From NCBI GenBank assembly GCA_951406725.2, contig OX597816.1:61070001-61134000 (forward strand): 64,000 nucleotides of DNA, in the 5' to 3' direction. The notes under the pieces are model-generated. The model saw only the letters and a list, made by a program, of their open reading frames with translations. It had not been told where the DNA came from and did not search any database. Made by a program: the position numbers and the translations under genes. Numbering within the stretch: position 1 is the stretch's first letter; each line of letters starts with the position of its first letter. Below, piece by piece: positions 39,757 to 53,280 of the stretch. The stretch is from Octopus vulgaris (lineage: Eukaryota).

Positions 39757-40014
39757 CTCTTTTACTTGTTTCAGTCGTTTGACTGTGGCCATGCTGGAGC
39801 ACCGCCTTTAGTCGAGCAAATCGACCCCAGGACTTATTCTTTGTAAGCCTAGTACTTATTCTATCGGTCTCTCTTTTGCCGAACCGCTAAGTTACAGGGG
39901 CGTAAACACACCACCATCGGTTGTCAAGTGATGTTGGGAGGACAAACACAGACACACAAACATATACACATACATACATACATACATACATACATACATA
40001 CATACATACATACA

Positions 40015-40050
<36 letters not shown>

Positions 40051-40229
40051 TATATATTCATATATACGACGGGCTTCTTTCAGCTTCCGCCTACCAAATC
40101 CATTCACAAGGCTTTGGTCGGCCCGAGGCTATAGTAGAAGACATTAGCCCAAGGTGCCACGCAGTGGGACTGAACCCGGAACCATGTGGTTGGTAAGCAA
40201 GCTACCTACCACACAGCCACTCCTGCGCC
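39757..40229 (-). mobile_element. family A SINE with expanded internal (TACA)n
   Basis: Full-length reverse-complement copy. Confidence 0.88.
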
Positions 40230-40399
40230 TACGTATATATCTTGTGGAACATATATACATGTATGTATAACCAGTTTCTTTCATTTTCCGTCTACCAAAA
40301 TCCATACACCAGGAGACACTTGCCCAAGGTGCCACGCAATAAGACTAAACCCGGAGCCATGCGTATATACATACATATACACACACGTGCACGCTTGTG

Positions 40400-41110
40400 T
40401 TTTACCGAAAGTAATGCAAAAGTGGGACAAAAATATTTAAAGGAAAGAAAAACAGCATCGAAGACAAACCATGCGGTGGGAGACCATTCAACTGCGACCA
40501 GTGATATGAACCGCCTACAAGTGGTTGAGTTGATCTCAAGATCAGTGAGCTTGCTGCACAACTGAACTGTGCTCACAATGCATTGCAGAGTACGGAGGAA
40601 GATTTGGGGCATGAGAAAACGAGTACAAAGTGAGTGCATCGACAGTTGACATCCTTTTGAGGGAGAGAAGGGCGAAAGTTTTCTCTGATATGCTGGGAGC
40701 GTTTGAAGCCGATGAAGGAACTAGTTTTCACCCCCTATCGAGTGAAACAAGGTTGGAGGAAACGAGAGCGTATCTTTATGTTCCGGAAGCGAAGGTTCAG
40801 TTCATAAAATGACGGAACATCTCTTTTCCAATGACTAAGAAGTTCGAGAACTAGCGACCAGCCCACTAAGTCATGCTGATGGTTTTAGGATTACAACATC
40901 ATTATCCTTGGTTTTCTGGAAAGTCAACGGCGAGCAGTACATTAAAACACTAAAAAGGCTTATAGAAGCCATTAGGAGAAAGAGACCGAACAAAAACCTG
41001 AATGCGATCCGCATTCGCCATAACGATGCGCGACAACACGCATTTTTGGCAACAAATCAGGCTTTGATTTATATCTCCAGACATCAACGTATTCCAGTAA
41101 TCACCTACCT
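40400..41110 (+). mobile_element. highly degenerate mariner transposase relic
   Basis: Traces of AYKWL, GMRK...K*V, SETRL, VNGEQYIKTLKRLIEAIRRKRP and HNDARQH (HDNARPH motif). Confidence 0.65.
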
Positions 41111-41133
41111 CTATAATACGTGTATGTATTATA

Positions 41134-41802
41134 TAGCACCCCCTATTTCCACTCGATATTATCGATAACATTCAATATAATGAGTCCTTTTTTCTTTAAT
41201 TCTTTCTTTATGCTTGTACATTATATAATCCTTAAGCTTAATGCCAGTAGCCATCCCTAGATTATGAAAAAAATACAAAATCCTTGTATAGAACTGTGTG
41301 CTTCACAGTTCCAGTGACATGGTGTTTGGCTGTTGTGCGCATGCCCACATGTCAGAGATAGGAAGCTTCACGCTAGGGAGAGAGAGCGCTGTCGTTCACG
41401 CAGTGCCGACCCTTGTGTGCTGGTGAAAGGTAATGTTTCTTTTTGACTCCACGTGTGTTGTGCTTCAAAACGTGTTTATATTCTTGAATGGGATAAAGTG
41501 TAGAATTAGATTATTGTCCTGCGTTAAGCTTCAGTGTTACTGCTAGGATTTGAAAAATAGGGCAGATTCCCACCCTCTCCTTATTTTGTGATTTAGGAGG
41601 GATTTTTGAAAAACAAGGGGGAAATCGCAGCGATGTTCAATGAACAAATTAAACACGTTACCCGGCAGTGGCTAAAACGCGAACCGATCAAGTTTATATA
41701 TAAATTTTCTTTTTATATGTTTGTTTCCTTTTACACAACATTAAACAGCTAAACATTTTCTGAAGCAGCACCCCAACTAATTTTATCTACGAGCCACCAC
41801 TG
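41134..41802 (+). mobile_element. non-autonomous DNA transposon (hAT-like), copy 2
   Basis: Inverted homologue of 25100-25756; carries the opposite terminus TACGAGCCACCACTG. Confidence 0.7.
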
Positions 41803-42267
41803 ATTAATTTGATTTCAAATTTTGGCACAAAGCCAGCAAGTTTCGACTACATCAACTCCAGCGCTCAACTGGTACTTATTCTATCGACACCCAAAGGATG
41901 ATAGACAAAGTCGATTTCGGTGGATTTGAACTCAGAACGTAAGGATGGACGAAATGTTGCACTGCATTTAGCCCGGTTTGTTAGCTATTATGCCAGCTCG
42001 CTGCCTTACTTGTACATATTACATTGATTAGAACTTCGTGTATCCTTCTGGCAACGTATGGCAGCAGGAATATTGTTCTACTGTCAATAGTTTCAGGAGA
42101 CAGTCTATAATTTGTTTTGTTTTTGTTTTTGTGTTATTTTCTTTTTAAATAGTTTCAAAAATCTTTATCTTTTTGACATGCTTAACGTATATATAATCGT
42201 TGAAAAAGTGTGAGACTTTTGTGTTCGTCTCGGAAAATATCCCTTTACAAACATGGTGTATTAAAAA

Positions 42268-43080
42268 TCTATATATATAAAACTCAACTTGTGTGTCTGT
42301 GTGTTTAACTTCCCGGCACATCTCCTCCTAGCCAACAAATCGTAGAACCACAAAAAATGGGTCACTTAAAGTTTAGGCGAATGAAAATTGAACTGCGCTA
42401 TTTCTGTTCCGAAATTCATCTCGCAAGTGCAAAAATCAATAATGTGTTTGTTTAGGCCTTATCCCATGCATTGAATAGTGAACTTTACTCAGTCAGCTGT
42501 TTGACGTGAACTGTGTTCACCACGCGTGCAAGCATGCGTAAATTGCATGGAAAATAAAAAATCAAGATATAAAAACGAATCGCCGTAAACATTGTAGAGA
42601 TTCGGCAAAGAAATGAATTTTCGGGATGTAGCCTGGAGGGGTTTTTCAATTTTAATCGTTTGGACTTTGTGAACACATACCAATTGTTTTCATAACATTT
42701 TTAACGCTTTGAATGAAATGTGACCATTTTGCGTTGAGTCTGCAGTTTGAATCACTTTAACCAAATTTTAGCAGGCCAGATTTTTGATCATCACGATACA
42801 TCGCCAGCGACTCCCGGAAACTCTCCCCTGAAATCCCCGTTGAGAAATACTGATCTAAAAGAATAATTCAACAATGCAATTATTTGATCAACAAAACTTT
42901 ATGAAACGCTTCAACGTACTTCCTATTGAGGAAATGGAACACATAAGCGCAAAAATAGAGGGCATTAAATGCTTGATTTTAAAACCAAAATAATTTAATT
43001 TTGATTGAACTTCATCCAAGTTTAGCTTAATTCGCGCGTGCATAGAACGCACGAGCGCACGAACCGGGCAATACTGCTAG
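42268..43080 (+). mobile_element. non-autonomous Helitron
   Basis: 5' TC (A|TCTATATATATAAAA), 3' CTAG|T, GC-rich hairpin-like CGTGC..GCACG near the 3' end, inserted between A and T with no TSD. Confidence 0.72.
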
Positions 43081-43243
43081 TAATATATATTTCTGAGTAG
43101 ATTCAGACTTTTCAACAGCATTCATATGTTAAGTATGTCATAAATATAAAAATTTTCATCTTAGCGTTAACTTCTAGCGCACAATTCGGATTAAATAGTG
43201 TAAGGGAAATAACTGTGCTTTTGTTCCTTTGGTGAAACTAGTA

Positions 43244-43754
43244 ACGTAAATCCTCGAGTATAATCCGCATTCCCCCCCACCCACCCACCCACCCAAAATT
43301 AAAAGGTCAAAATCCCTAGTGCGTACTATATACGGGGCTAAAAATGAAAATCGTTTCCTAAGCAATGTCCGAGATTCTATTTGCTGTCCGGCAATGTTTA
43401 TTGAGACGCATTTTGTGATGTCGGACGTGAAAATACCTTAAGCTAAGCCTGAAAACAATGAAGTCATAAAAGAATCATCCATAACTTGCAATAAGCAACA
43501 TTTATTAAACGTTATTACTGTTATTTCTTTATTTTCTGCAAACAAAATTCACAAAAAAGCTATACGTTTGCATTATGTTATATATACAATGATAATAAAG
43601 GACGTTAGCGTATACATTTTTACAAACCAAGGACATTATATCGACCTCCTTGACTCAAGTATTATACACAAGGTTTAGGTTTTTCAGAGGTGCAGCCCCC
43701 TAAAAATACCCTGCGTATTATACTCAAGGGCGGCCTATACTCGAGGATTTACGG
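43244..43754 (+). mobile_element. pogo/Tc1-type MITE, complete
   Basis: Same family as 7487-7999; TIRs with TA flanks. Confidence 0.85.
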
Positions 43755-44192
43755 TATGTGTTAGAAATCGATATTGTTTTATAAAAAAATTATTCTTGTA
43801 GATTATTATCATCATCGTCGTCCGTCGTAATCATTATGATTTTATGTCCGTTTTTCCGTGCACGCATGGGTTTGATGTGTCTTTTCAACACTGTGCCTCG
43901 CTTCTTGTTGCGATCTTTTGCCGTCTCTTTTTAGAGCTTCAGTCTCCATCACTTCTTTTCATGTCCCCTTCGGCTGAGCCAAAGGAAGCCTCTATGTGAT
44001 CGTCCAACCTATTAGAAAAAGTAGCTAAATAACCCTCAAAAACCACACGCCCGTCTTTTGAAAAGATCACATGTTTGACAATGTTGTCCTGGTGTCCCCG
44101 CACGTCAGAAAAGCTGAGATGGCCACGGAATTTACCTTTAATCATTCATACATCTACCTGATTGAATGTAAACATAAAGCACACACACTATA

Positions 44193-44394
44193 CTCTTTTA
44201 CTCTTTTACTCTTTTACTTGTTTCAGTCATTTGACTGCAGCCATGCTGGAGCACCGCCTTTAGTCGAGCAAATCGACCCCGGGACTTATTCTTTGTAAGC
44301 CCAGTACTTATTCTATCGGTCTCTTTTGCCGAACCGCTAAGTTACGGGGACGTAGACACACTAGGGGGACAAACACAGACACACAAACATATAC

Positions 44395-44425
<31 letters not shown>

Positions 44426-44587
44426 CATACATATATACGACAGGCTTCTTTCAGTTTCCGTCTACCAAATCCACTCACAAGGCATTGGTCGGCCCGGGGC
44501 TATAGCAGAAGACACTTGCCCAAGATGCCACGCAGTGGGACTGAACCTGGAACCATGTGGTTGGTTAGCAAGATACTTACCACACAG
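44193..44587 (-). mobile_element. family A SINE
   Basis: Reverse-complement copy with a small internal deletion. Confidence 0.85.
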
Positions 44588-44743
44588 TGTGTAATCTTTA
44601 TTTAATTCTAATTTTTTTTTAAATCATTTCAATAAAACGGATTATATATACTTCTTAAAATGATATTGTTTCAATATTTCCTGTTATTCGTTTAACTGTT
44701 ACTTAAGGTTTCTTGTGTTGTTTGGTTTTGGTTTTGATTTTTT

Positions 44744-44969
44744 ACTCTTTGCTATTTTACCCTTTTACTTGTTTCAGTCATTTGACTGCGGCCATGCTGG
44801 AGCACCGCCTTTAGTCGAGCAAATCGACCCCAGGGCTTATTCTTTGTAAGCATAGTACTTATTATATCGGTTACTTTTACCGAACCGCTAAGTTACGTGG
44901 ACGTAAACACACCAGCATTGGTTGTCAAGCGATGTTGGGTGGTGGTGGTGGACAAACACAGACACACAA

Positions 44970-45003
<34 letters not shown>

Positions 45004-45184
45004 ACACACGTATATATATATATATATACGACGGGCTTCTTTCAGTTTCCGTCTGCCAAATCCACTCACAAGGCTTTGGTCGGCCCGAGGCTATTTTAGA
45101 AGACACTTGCCCAAGGTGCCACGCAATGGGACTGAACCCGGAACCATGTGGTTGGTAAGCAAGCTACTTACCACACAGCCACTC
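44744..45184 (-). mobile_element. family A SINE
   Basis: Reverse-complement copy sharing diagnostic variants (TCCACGT, CCACCACCACCCAAC) with 60996-61405. Confidence 0.88.
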
Positions 45185-46446
45185 ACTCTTTTCGATAAAT
45201 TGCATTTCGATCAGCTGTCTACATATTCTAATTATACATATTGTGCTTAACTCATATGACGAGTTTGTTTTGTTTTTTATTTTGTTTGTTTTTCTCACAG
45301 ATGAAGTTTATTCAAATATTGGTAAAACGGCTGCGCAGCAGCAGTTGTAAGGTAGCCTAGCTGATGTTTAAAAAAAACTTGGTTGCAGTCCTTCCTTGTA
45401 TAGTAAATGCAATATAAAATTCCCACTGCATTCGTTCTAAAACTCGACTAACAGAATCGTTAAAGAACTGAATAAATTTCCTTAAGAATAAAATTTCCTT
45501 AAGGCTCGAGCTCTTTTATGTTCTGAATTCAAATCCCAATATAAACTATATTCTTCCTATTGGGGGTCAATAAAATAAAGTATCATTTAAGTACTGAAGT
45601 CGATTGATTTTCCTATAACGAAAGCAAATGAGATGTGGATCGAATAAAGCTAACATAACTTCTTAGAATACGATCTATAATGACAAAAGCAATAGTTATC
45701 TCCCTTTAACCAGTTGGGCTGTTACTTTTAATTTCAGGTTGAATGAATTAAAGTGAGTCGCAACGTTTACAGATCTTTTGGCCTGATTTATCAAATCTAG
45801 ATCTAATCAACTTTGTCTTCTTCTTTCTGAGATCAATAAGATAAGTCCATCCAATCAAGTATTGGATTCATTGTCATCGGCAATATCAGCTTTCCTAAGT
45901 CATTCATCCGAATGTGTCGAATGTCGAATGCAGATCGAAATTTCATTAGAGGCGGCGATTTTTCCTTTTAACTCCGGAACGTTTTTCGAAAGGCGTAATA
46001 TCAGTTTCAATTCTCCCTCTACTAAAATATAAGCCCTTAAGGGTGGTGAAAAGGAGAACAATATTTCAAAATTTTCGACAAACCCCTTGTATTTAAGACA
46101 AATTTAAGGAGAGAAACATAACTGCTACCCGATTTCGATTTTTTTTTTTTTTCACTTTTCGTTGCCTGTGTGCTTTGGAGAGAACAGCCATTCACTTCTC
46201 ATTATAATAGAAGGTTTACACTATATTTACACTGTAGGAGAGTGCCTGTCGGACATTTTGCTGACAGACTGACGTATGGCCATATATATGCACATACACG
46301 TATATAAAAAGCACCATGGATGTGGAGTGGTTGGCGTTAGGAAGGGCATCCAGTTGTAGAAACCAAACCAAAACAGATTATGGAACCTGGTGTGGCTCCT
46401 AGCCTTACCTGTTCCTGCCAAGCTGTCCAACCTATGCCAGCATGGG

Positions 46447-48588
46447 AATATGGACCATAAGGGTAGGGGTGCATGAGTGGCATGGATCAGATTCGAAAGG
46501 TGGAGGCTAGTCGTGGTACAAAAACATTCTAGCCATAACCATCCTACCTTTTTCAGGTGAAAGGAACCTAAGTTCATTAAAAAAAAAAAAACGTAGAGCT
46601 GCTATTTCTAGCAGGTCGAGCAACTATGTTGGTTCAGTTAACGGCTTGATGCTAATCAGTCAGTGGTCCTTTCTTTATAGATTATTCGCATATATTATGG
46701 TAGGCCTCTTTACGCCAAAAGCAAATTAACCCTGCCAAACAGAGTCGATAATTTAGACTAAAAACTTTAGGTGGTGTTCCAGCCCAATTTACTGAAACCA
46801 GTGAATTTATTGGTTTTTTATACCCCACTCAATGAATATTTTCTGTTAAGAAAAAGAACCCGGTCGCAAAACAATGTCTAGATCACTTAATACGGATTCG
46901 TATTAAAATGAGTTTGGTGGGACGAGAAGAATTTGTTGCACAATGAGACTACAAACAGCTGTCAGAATCAAACGTTTGGCAAGCAAACGACAAGTCCTAG
47001 TGAAGTAGACCTATGATCAAATGCGTTCCAACTGTGACTACCTCTTTTCAATTCATATACTGTATGTATGGGAATATGGATATAATTAGCTGAAGCAACT
47101 AAAGAATCGCATTATTCAATATAACCCTCGTTTTTGTTAGACGGTGATAAGGAAAATAATACGATCAATTAACATTACTTCGCTTTTTGGAATTAGATGG
47201 AAATTGTAGAAAGGAAGGCGTGAGAAGATGGTTAAAAATTCAAAGTTGAATATATGTAATATGCAATACATAACTAGCAACCAATACACTCTAGACAAGG
47301 CGGTTATAATCTGTAGTAGTGGTTGGAAAAGGAATAAGCTGGAAACCGGTAATTTCTGTTGGCAAAAGGGCGCGATAATTTGATAAGTCCAAATCGCGCC
47401 AAGCTGGCCTTTGTTAATATATTTAAGGTTTTGTGCTAATTAACAATACCCTCCACCAGATTCTCTAGCCATGTATCAAAGACAATCAGAGAATAAGTTA
47501 CAATTAGATATTATTTACAATAAGTACCAGCTGAGCACTGGGGCCGATGTAATCGATTGATACCTACCGTAAATTTGCTGGTTCTGTGCCAAAATATGAA
47601 AGCAATTTGGTTAAGGGAGCACCAAATACTAAAGTAGAAAATAATATGTGGTGAGGGAAACAGTATTGGTAAATTTTTATTTGTTATTTGCTTGCATTTC
47701 AAAATGAAATGAAATCAATTTTAACGTTTCTGAAGTTTAGATATTTATCATAAGATGCAAAAAAAAAAAAGAAAAGAAAAGAAAATGTCTAAGATTTTTT
47801 TTAAAGAATTTTGACACAAAGACTGAAATGTGAAATAACAAAGGAGAAGCGCCCAAACTTCGTAAGTTCAGTTCAGTAAGCGCAGAATAAAGTAATTCTT
47901 TCTTTACATTCACGCCCGCTTTCTGCACCAACTGTCATTGACAGTTGTATTTATCATACGGGCGAGAAATAGCAGCCAGCTTACATAATACTGGTTTTAG
48001 AAAAGGGAAGGACACGTTAATGTAGTCCTAAAGTCCCTAAGAAGACAGGATGGTCCCGTCCGTATCCTTTCGAGACGTTTGCAGGATATAGGCTGACTTG
48101 GGGTTAAGCAACATTGCATTCTTTACATCAAGTATTGGCGCCGTGTTTGAAGGATTTAAAAGATTTCTTCTTGAGCTATTATTCAATTTTTAGCAGAAGT
48201 AAAAGAAACGGCACTGATAATGCTTTGTGTTTTAAGCACAATCCTAAAACTTTGAAGGGGATTTAAGTAAGTCGATGATATCGATGCCAGGACGCAAATG
48301 GTACTTATTTAATCGCTCATCAAATGGTTAAATTGATCACAGCGGAACGTCAACTCAGAACGCAAAGACAGACGAAATGCCGCTAAACATTTCTCCCAGC
48401 TCGCCGCCTTCAAGAAACAGTACTAATAAAATAATGCACTTCTAAGAGATATTTATCAATATCTTTTTCTTCGTAATGGATAGGATTGTGTTAAATTACG
48501 CTCTTCCTCCCAAAAAGTCAAATAATACAAGCGACATTTCAAGGGTAGTTCAACTTACTAGAAACAGCAGTTAAATTCTCCCTAAAAA
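46447..48588 (+). repeat. left arm of ~2.15-kb inverted segmental duplication
   Basis: Reverse complement of 54087-56241 along its whole length, with scattered substitutions and small indels. Confidence 0.93.
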
Positions 48589-49014
48589 TGGTTAAATTGA
48601 TCTCAGTGGAACGTGAACTCAGAACTTAAAGACAGACGAAATGCCGCTAAACATTTCTCCCAGGGCGCGATTAGACGGTTTCTTGATAAAAGAGTTTTGC
48701 TAAATGGATCAAAACTAAAAGCCAAGTAATTTTGGTTCTTATTTTAGGAATGTACATGACCCTCAGCCTGGCTAAATCAGTACGGTGATCGTTAAACAGA
48801 GCCTCATTGCAACTTTTAAGTTGCGCCTAGATACCTCTGAACAATATCAACAGTGAGGCTATAAAATTGCATAAAGTCTGTTCTAAAGGTGTTAGAAGAT
48901 AACAAAAATAAATGACTAAACGAAATCATCTTTCTCAACATTTGATTTCCTTAAACCTCTTATACAAGCTCATATGGTCGTTGATGGGAGGAAGTTCCGT
49001 TAGTTGTGCATCTG

Positions 49015-49371
49015 ATCTGGTACCAGTAAACTATTCATTTGACTGGGATTGAAATTTCTACACTTTCTGATGGGATTTTTTAATAAAGGATAAATGATTC
49101 GGAGCATTCCCTAGTTCAACGTCTGAAATAAATTTTGAAATGGAAAATAGAACATGCGAAAAATGCCCTTGTATGTAGTCTCACGTAGTCATCCAATCTT
49201 TTAAAGGCGTTCCAAAATCCACGACTCGTCCATCTGGTACCAGAACAATACTGTGCTTTCTTTTGATTGGGATTGAAATTTCTACTCTTACTGATGGGCT
49301 TTTAATAAAGGACAAATGACTCGGAGTGTCCCCTAGTTTAACGTCTGAAATAAATTTTGAAATGGAAAATA
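49015..49371. repeat. diverged direct duplication (~135-bp units, 217 bp apart)
   Basis: ATCTGGTACCAG...GGGATTGAAATTTCTAC...AACGTCTGAAATAAATTTTGAAATGGAAAATA at 49015-49150 and 49232-49371. Confidence 0.8.
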
Positions 49372-49686
49372 AGACAGATGATGTAATCTGGGATACGTTG
49401 GATAAAGCCTGAAAATAATGCGAAAGCACGAACTTAACCTGGGGCGGAATGACAATAACTAGCGAGAATCCAGTGCTGATATAATAGCTAGTAACCAGCT
49501 AGATTTTATGAAATAAATTTGATAATAAAGCTGTCGACCCAGATATGGATATGCCCAATAATGGTCAAATCCCGTCGTATGAAGTTTATTTTGGTCTATG
49601 TATTCGCTTGTGACTAAGAAAGCAGCAGCGACAGTAATAGCTTAACTCGACAATAAGTTGAGATGAACAGTGGTCAGGATATGAGG

Positions 49687-49702
49687 GGCCCTTAAAAGGG
49701 CC
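49687..49702 (-). terminator. histone 3' stem-loop (H2B)
   Basis: GGCCCT-TTTA-AGGGCC on the minus strand, 27 nt after the stop codon. Confidence 0.93.
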
Positions 49703-49729
49703 ATTTGGGTTTTCGAATACGAGGAAGAT

Positions 49730-50101
49730 TTACTTGGTGCTGGTGTATTTTGTGACAGCTTTCGTACCTTCAGAGACAGCGTGTTTGGCCAACTCACCAG
49801 GGAGGAGAAGACGGACAGCGGTCTGGACCTCACGACTGCTGATAGTTGAACGTTTGTTGTAGTGAGCTAAACGGCTGGCCTCATTAGCGATTCTTTCGAA
49901 CAGATCGTTAACAAAGCTGTTCATGATGGACATAGCTTTGCTCGAGATGCCAGTATCAGGATGGACTTGCTTCATGACTTTGTAGATGTAGATAGAATAA
50001 CTTTCCTTCCTCTTCCTCTTCCTCTTCTTGTCTCCAGTACGAGGGACTTTAGATTTGGACGCCTTTTTGGCTCCTTTGACGGGTGTTGGTGTAGGTGGCA
50101 T
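49730..50101 (-). CDS. H2B: histone H2B (replication-dependent)
   Basis: 123 aa, [26 protein letters not shown]...AVTKYTSTK; intronless; 3' stem-loop. Confidence 0.99.
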   Translation of the reverse strand: MPPTPTPVKGAKKASKSKVPRTGDKKRKRKRKESYSIYIYKVMKQVHPDTGISSKAMSIMNSFVNDLFERIANEASRLAHYNKRSTISSREVQTAVRLLLPGELAKHAVSEGTKAVTKYTSTK

Positions 50102-50369
50102 GATTGAATGCGAGATTCGATGCGAAGTTACAATACCACCAAGTTTACTCTATTTATAGCTGACAAGTAGGCTCACCGGACAAGGAACACCAAACAGTTT
50201 GGCGCGTTTTAATCTCATTGGTGGAAATTGACATAAGCAATAATCACATGATAATGGTGAGAAAAATAATTTTTACTAACTGCTGGAGCCTATAGAAGCC
50301 TATATAAAGGTAGATTTCCCACATAAGCTCACTGCACACTTATTTAAGCGATCTTCATTCTGTATAACT
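50102..50369. promoter_or_regulatory. bidirectional H2B/H2A promoter
   Basis: TATAAATAG on the minus strand at about 50150-50158, E2F-type TTTGGCGC 50198-50205, ATTGG at about 50217, ATCACATGAT 50243-50252, TATATAAA at 50301. Confidence 0.75.
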
Positions 50370-50747
50370 ATGTCTGCGCGTGGAAAAGGAGGCAAAGTGA
50401 AAGGAAAGAGCAAGACTCGATCATCTCGTGCTGGACTTCAATTCCCTGTAGGCCGTATCCACCGTCTTCTCCGTAAAGGAAACTATGCCGAGCGAATTGG
50501 CGCCGGAGCTCCAGTCTACCTAGCAGCTGTAATGGAATATTTAGCTGCTGAAGTGTTGGAGTTGGCTGGAAATGCTGCCAGAGACAACAAGAAATCTAGA
50601 ATCATTCCGCGTCACTTGCAGTTAGCCATTCGCAACGACGAAGAATTGAACAAACTTTTGTCAGGTGTTACTATCTCGCAGGGTGGCGTCCTTCCCAACA
50701 TCCAAGCAGTTCTTCTTCCCAAGAAGACCCAGAAAGCCTCTAAGTAA
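50370..50747 (+). CDS. H2A: histone H2A (replication-dependent)
   Basis: 125 aa, [22 protein letters not shown]...LLPKKT; no C-terminal SQ(E/D)Y so not H2A.X; 3' stem-loop. Confidence 0.99.
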   Translation: MSARGKGGKVKGKSKTRSSRAGLQFPVGRIHRLLRKGNYAERIGAGAPVYLAAVMEYLAAEVLELAGNAARDNKKSRIIPRHLQLAIRNDEELNKLLSGVTISQGGVLPNIQAVLLPKKTQKASK

Positions 50748-50777
50748 ACATTTTGGTTTCTTAGTAATATTATTAAA

Positions 50778-50793
50778 GGTCCTTTTTAGGGCC
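50778..50793 (+). terminator. histone 3' stem-loop (H2A)
   Basis: GGTCCT-TTTT-AGGGCC. Confidence 0.9.
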
Positions 50794-50989
50794 ATTAACA
50801 TTTAAGTATCGTCATTCTCAACTGATTATTCAAGAAAACGATTCTAAAGATACCCGAAGTAAACCGTTTGCAGTTTATCGTACTGGACATTTTCAGCCCA
50901 ACCAGTTGGTGCTAAGTCCAATTGAACAGGTTCATTTACCATTCAAGTCTCGTCTTAGGTCGCTTTGTAACGGCATTACAAATATATAT

Positions 50990-51218
50990 ATTTCTTTACT
51001 ACCCACAAGGGGCCAAACACAGAGGGGACAAACAAGGACAGACAAAGAGATCAAGTCGATTACATCGACCCCAGTGCGTAACTGGTACTTAATATATCGA
51101 CCCCGAAAGGATGAAAGGCAAAGTCGACCTCGGCGGAACTTGAACTCGGAACGTAAGGACAGATGAAATACGGCTACGCATTTCGCCCGGTGTGCTAACG
51201 TTTCTACCAGCTCGCCGC
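50990..51218 (-). mobile_element. family B SINE
   Basis: Complete monomer. Confidence 0.85.
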
Positions 51219-52286
51219 ATAAACGTAGCAACTATGCTGTAATTTTGAATCTATTTTGCCCACTCAGAAAGATTAATACCCATCTTTTCCTGGGAATTTA
51301 TCCTCAGATGAAAACCGTGACAACAGATTGTAACTACACTAAAGGAGCCCAAATATATTGCCAGAGAAGTCATAAACTTTGAGTTTTCCATATAGGAATT
51401 TATTTTCCATCTGTCATAAATAGTATCCTTAAAATGTACAATGTCTGGTCCGAAAATGTTTTAGATATGTAAAATGCTCATCTTGGAGTACACACACACT
51501 ACACTGAAAAAATAAATACCGCAATACTCCGGCCATAACCGTTGAAACAATTTTAAAGATGAAGATTAAAAAAAGAGACAGAAATTTCAATATTTTTATA
51601 AAATTCACCGTGGTGAAGAAAGAATACAGATACAACCTGTTTTGTTTTAAACAGTGAAGATACACAAAATATCTCATTTTGGAGATGTCGCCCTTCTCTT
51701 TTGTAGAAATAGTTACCCACGAGTCTGAGGCGTCAAGTTAATGCAGAGATAATAAATAGGTTTGTGACGCCTAAGCCTTCGAAGCGACGTCGCTATTTGA
51801 TCAAACCAATTGTAGCTTGAGTTTCATACAGGCGTAAGGAAGGCCACATTAAAAAATTTTTAATGCACATAAATATCTTACATTAATTACGAAATTTTAA
51901 TTATAAAGTAAGAAATAAATAAGTAAACTAACCTTTAAATGACATTTAATGAATAAATATTAACATTGTAATCAACGGGAATATTTTTATACAAAATCCA
52001 GATTTGAGTTGGCAGATTCTCCTTGAGACAGGTTAGTTTTTTCCCTGCCAGTCGATCGCGTTTGGCTGGCGACAGTTTGACGCATTGAAATAAAGCCTTT
52101 GAAAAATAGAACACTAGCAGAGGTCAAGCATTTTCTTTACCAAGTAGTAGACTTCTTAGACCCAGATATATTTCATAGATAAAGTTAATCTATGCGATAA
52201 GTGGTTCAGCTACTTTTTTTTCACATACGCAACTTGCAGGGTGGGAGTGTGAAGTTTGTATTGCATATGATTAACATCTGTAAATG

Positions 52287-52328
<42 letters not shown>

Positions 52329-52884
52329 AATAATAATAATAAATGATACGTGCAGAATTAAGTAGGGTGAATGACGACATTTTTTCACACATTCACACGT
52401 AAAGTGGTTTGGACACTTTATGAAACGTGCTTAGAAAATTACATTGTAATAATAATAACGCGAGTTATTTTCAGCTTTTCAGTTAATTCCTATGATCAGG
52501 GAGTAGGGTGAGCAAAATCGCATTTTCCTTATTGAATTTGCCAACTCCGGTGGTTCTTTCTAATGTAGGAGACATTGGAAATAAAACGCATTTTGGTCAG
52601 AAACTGGGATTGTAAATAGATTAGCTAAATTGTTCTTTTATTGCAGTTCTATTCACATTTTTGGAGCCTTATGGAAATATTAAATCTATCCGACTTCACT
52701 GGTAAATGATCATATTTTCCAACTGTGACTATTCTGTCTTCATTTTCTGTCAAGGTATACACTAAGACTAGGGGCTCACCAACTAATTTTACTCGGAATC
52801 CGTTATATGATTTTCAAAAAATCACAAAACCCACCGTCATCCTAATTTCAAGACCTTATCTGAAATAAAAATTATTTTTGAAAT

Positions 52885-53275
52885 TGGCTGTGTGGTAAGT
52901 AGCTTGTTTACCAACCACATGGTTCCGGGTTCAGTCCCAGTGCGTGGCACCTTGGGCAAGTGTCTTCTACTATAGCTTCGGGCCGACCAATGCCTTGTGA
53001 GTGGATTTGGTAGACGGAAACTGAAAGAGCCCGTCGTATATATGTATATATATATATGCGTGTGTGTGTTTATGTGTCTGTGTTTGTCCCCCTAGCATTG
53101 CTTGACAACCGATGCTGGTGTATTTATGTCCCCGTTACTTAGCGGTTCGGCAAAAGAGACTGATAGAATAAGTACTGGGCTTACAAAAGAATAAGTCCCG
53201 GGATCGAGTTGCTCGATTAAAAGGCGGTGCTCCAGTATGGCCGCAGTCAAATGACTGAAACAAATAAAAGAGAGT
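52885..53275 (+). mobile_element. family A SINE
   Basis: Tail-to-tail with the next copy. Confidence 0.88.
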
Positions 53276-53280
53276 ATATA

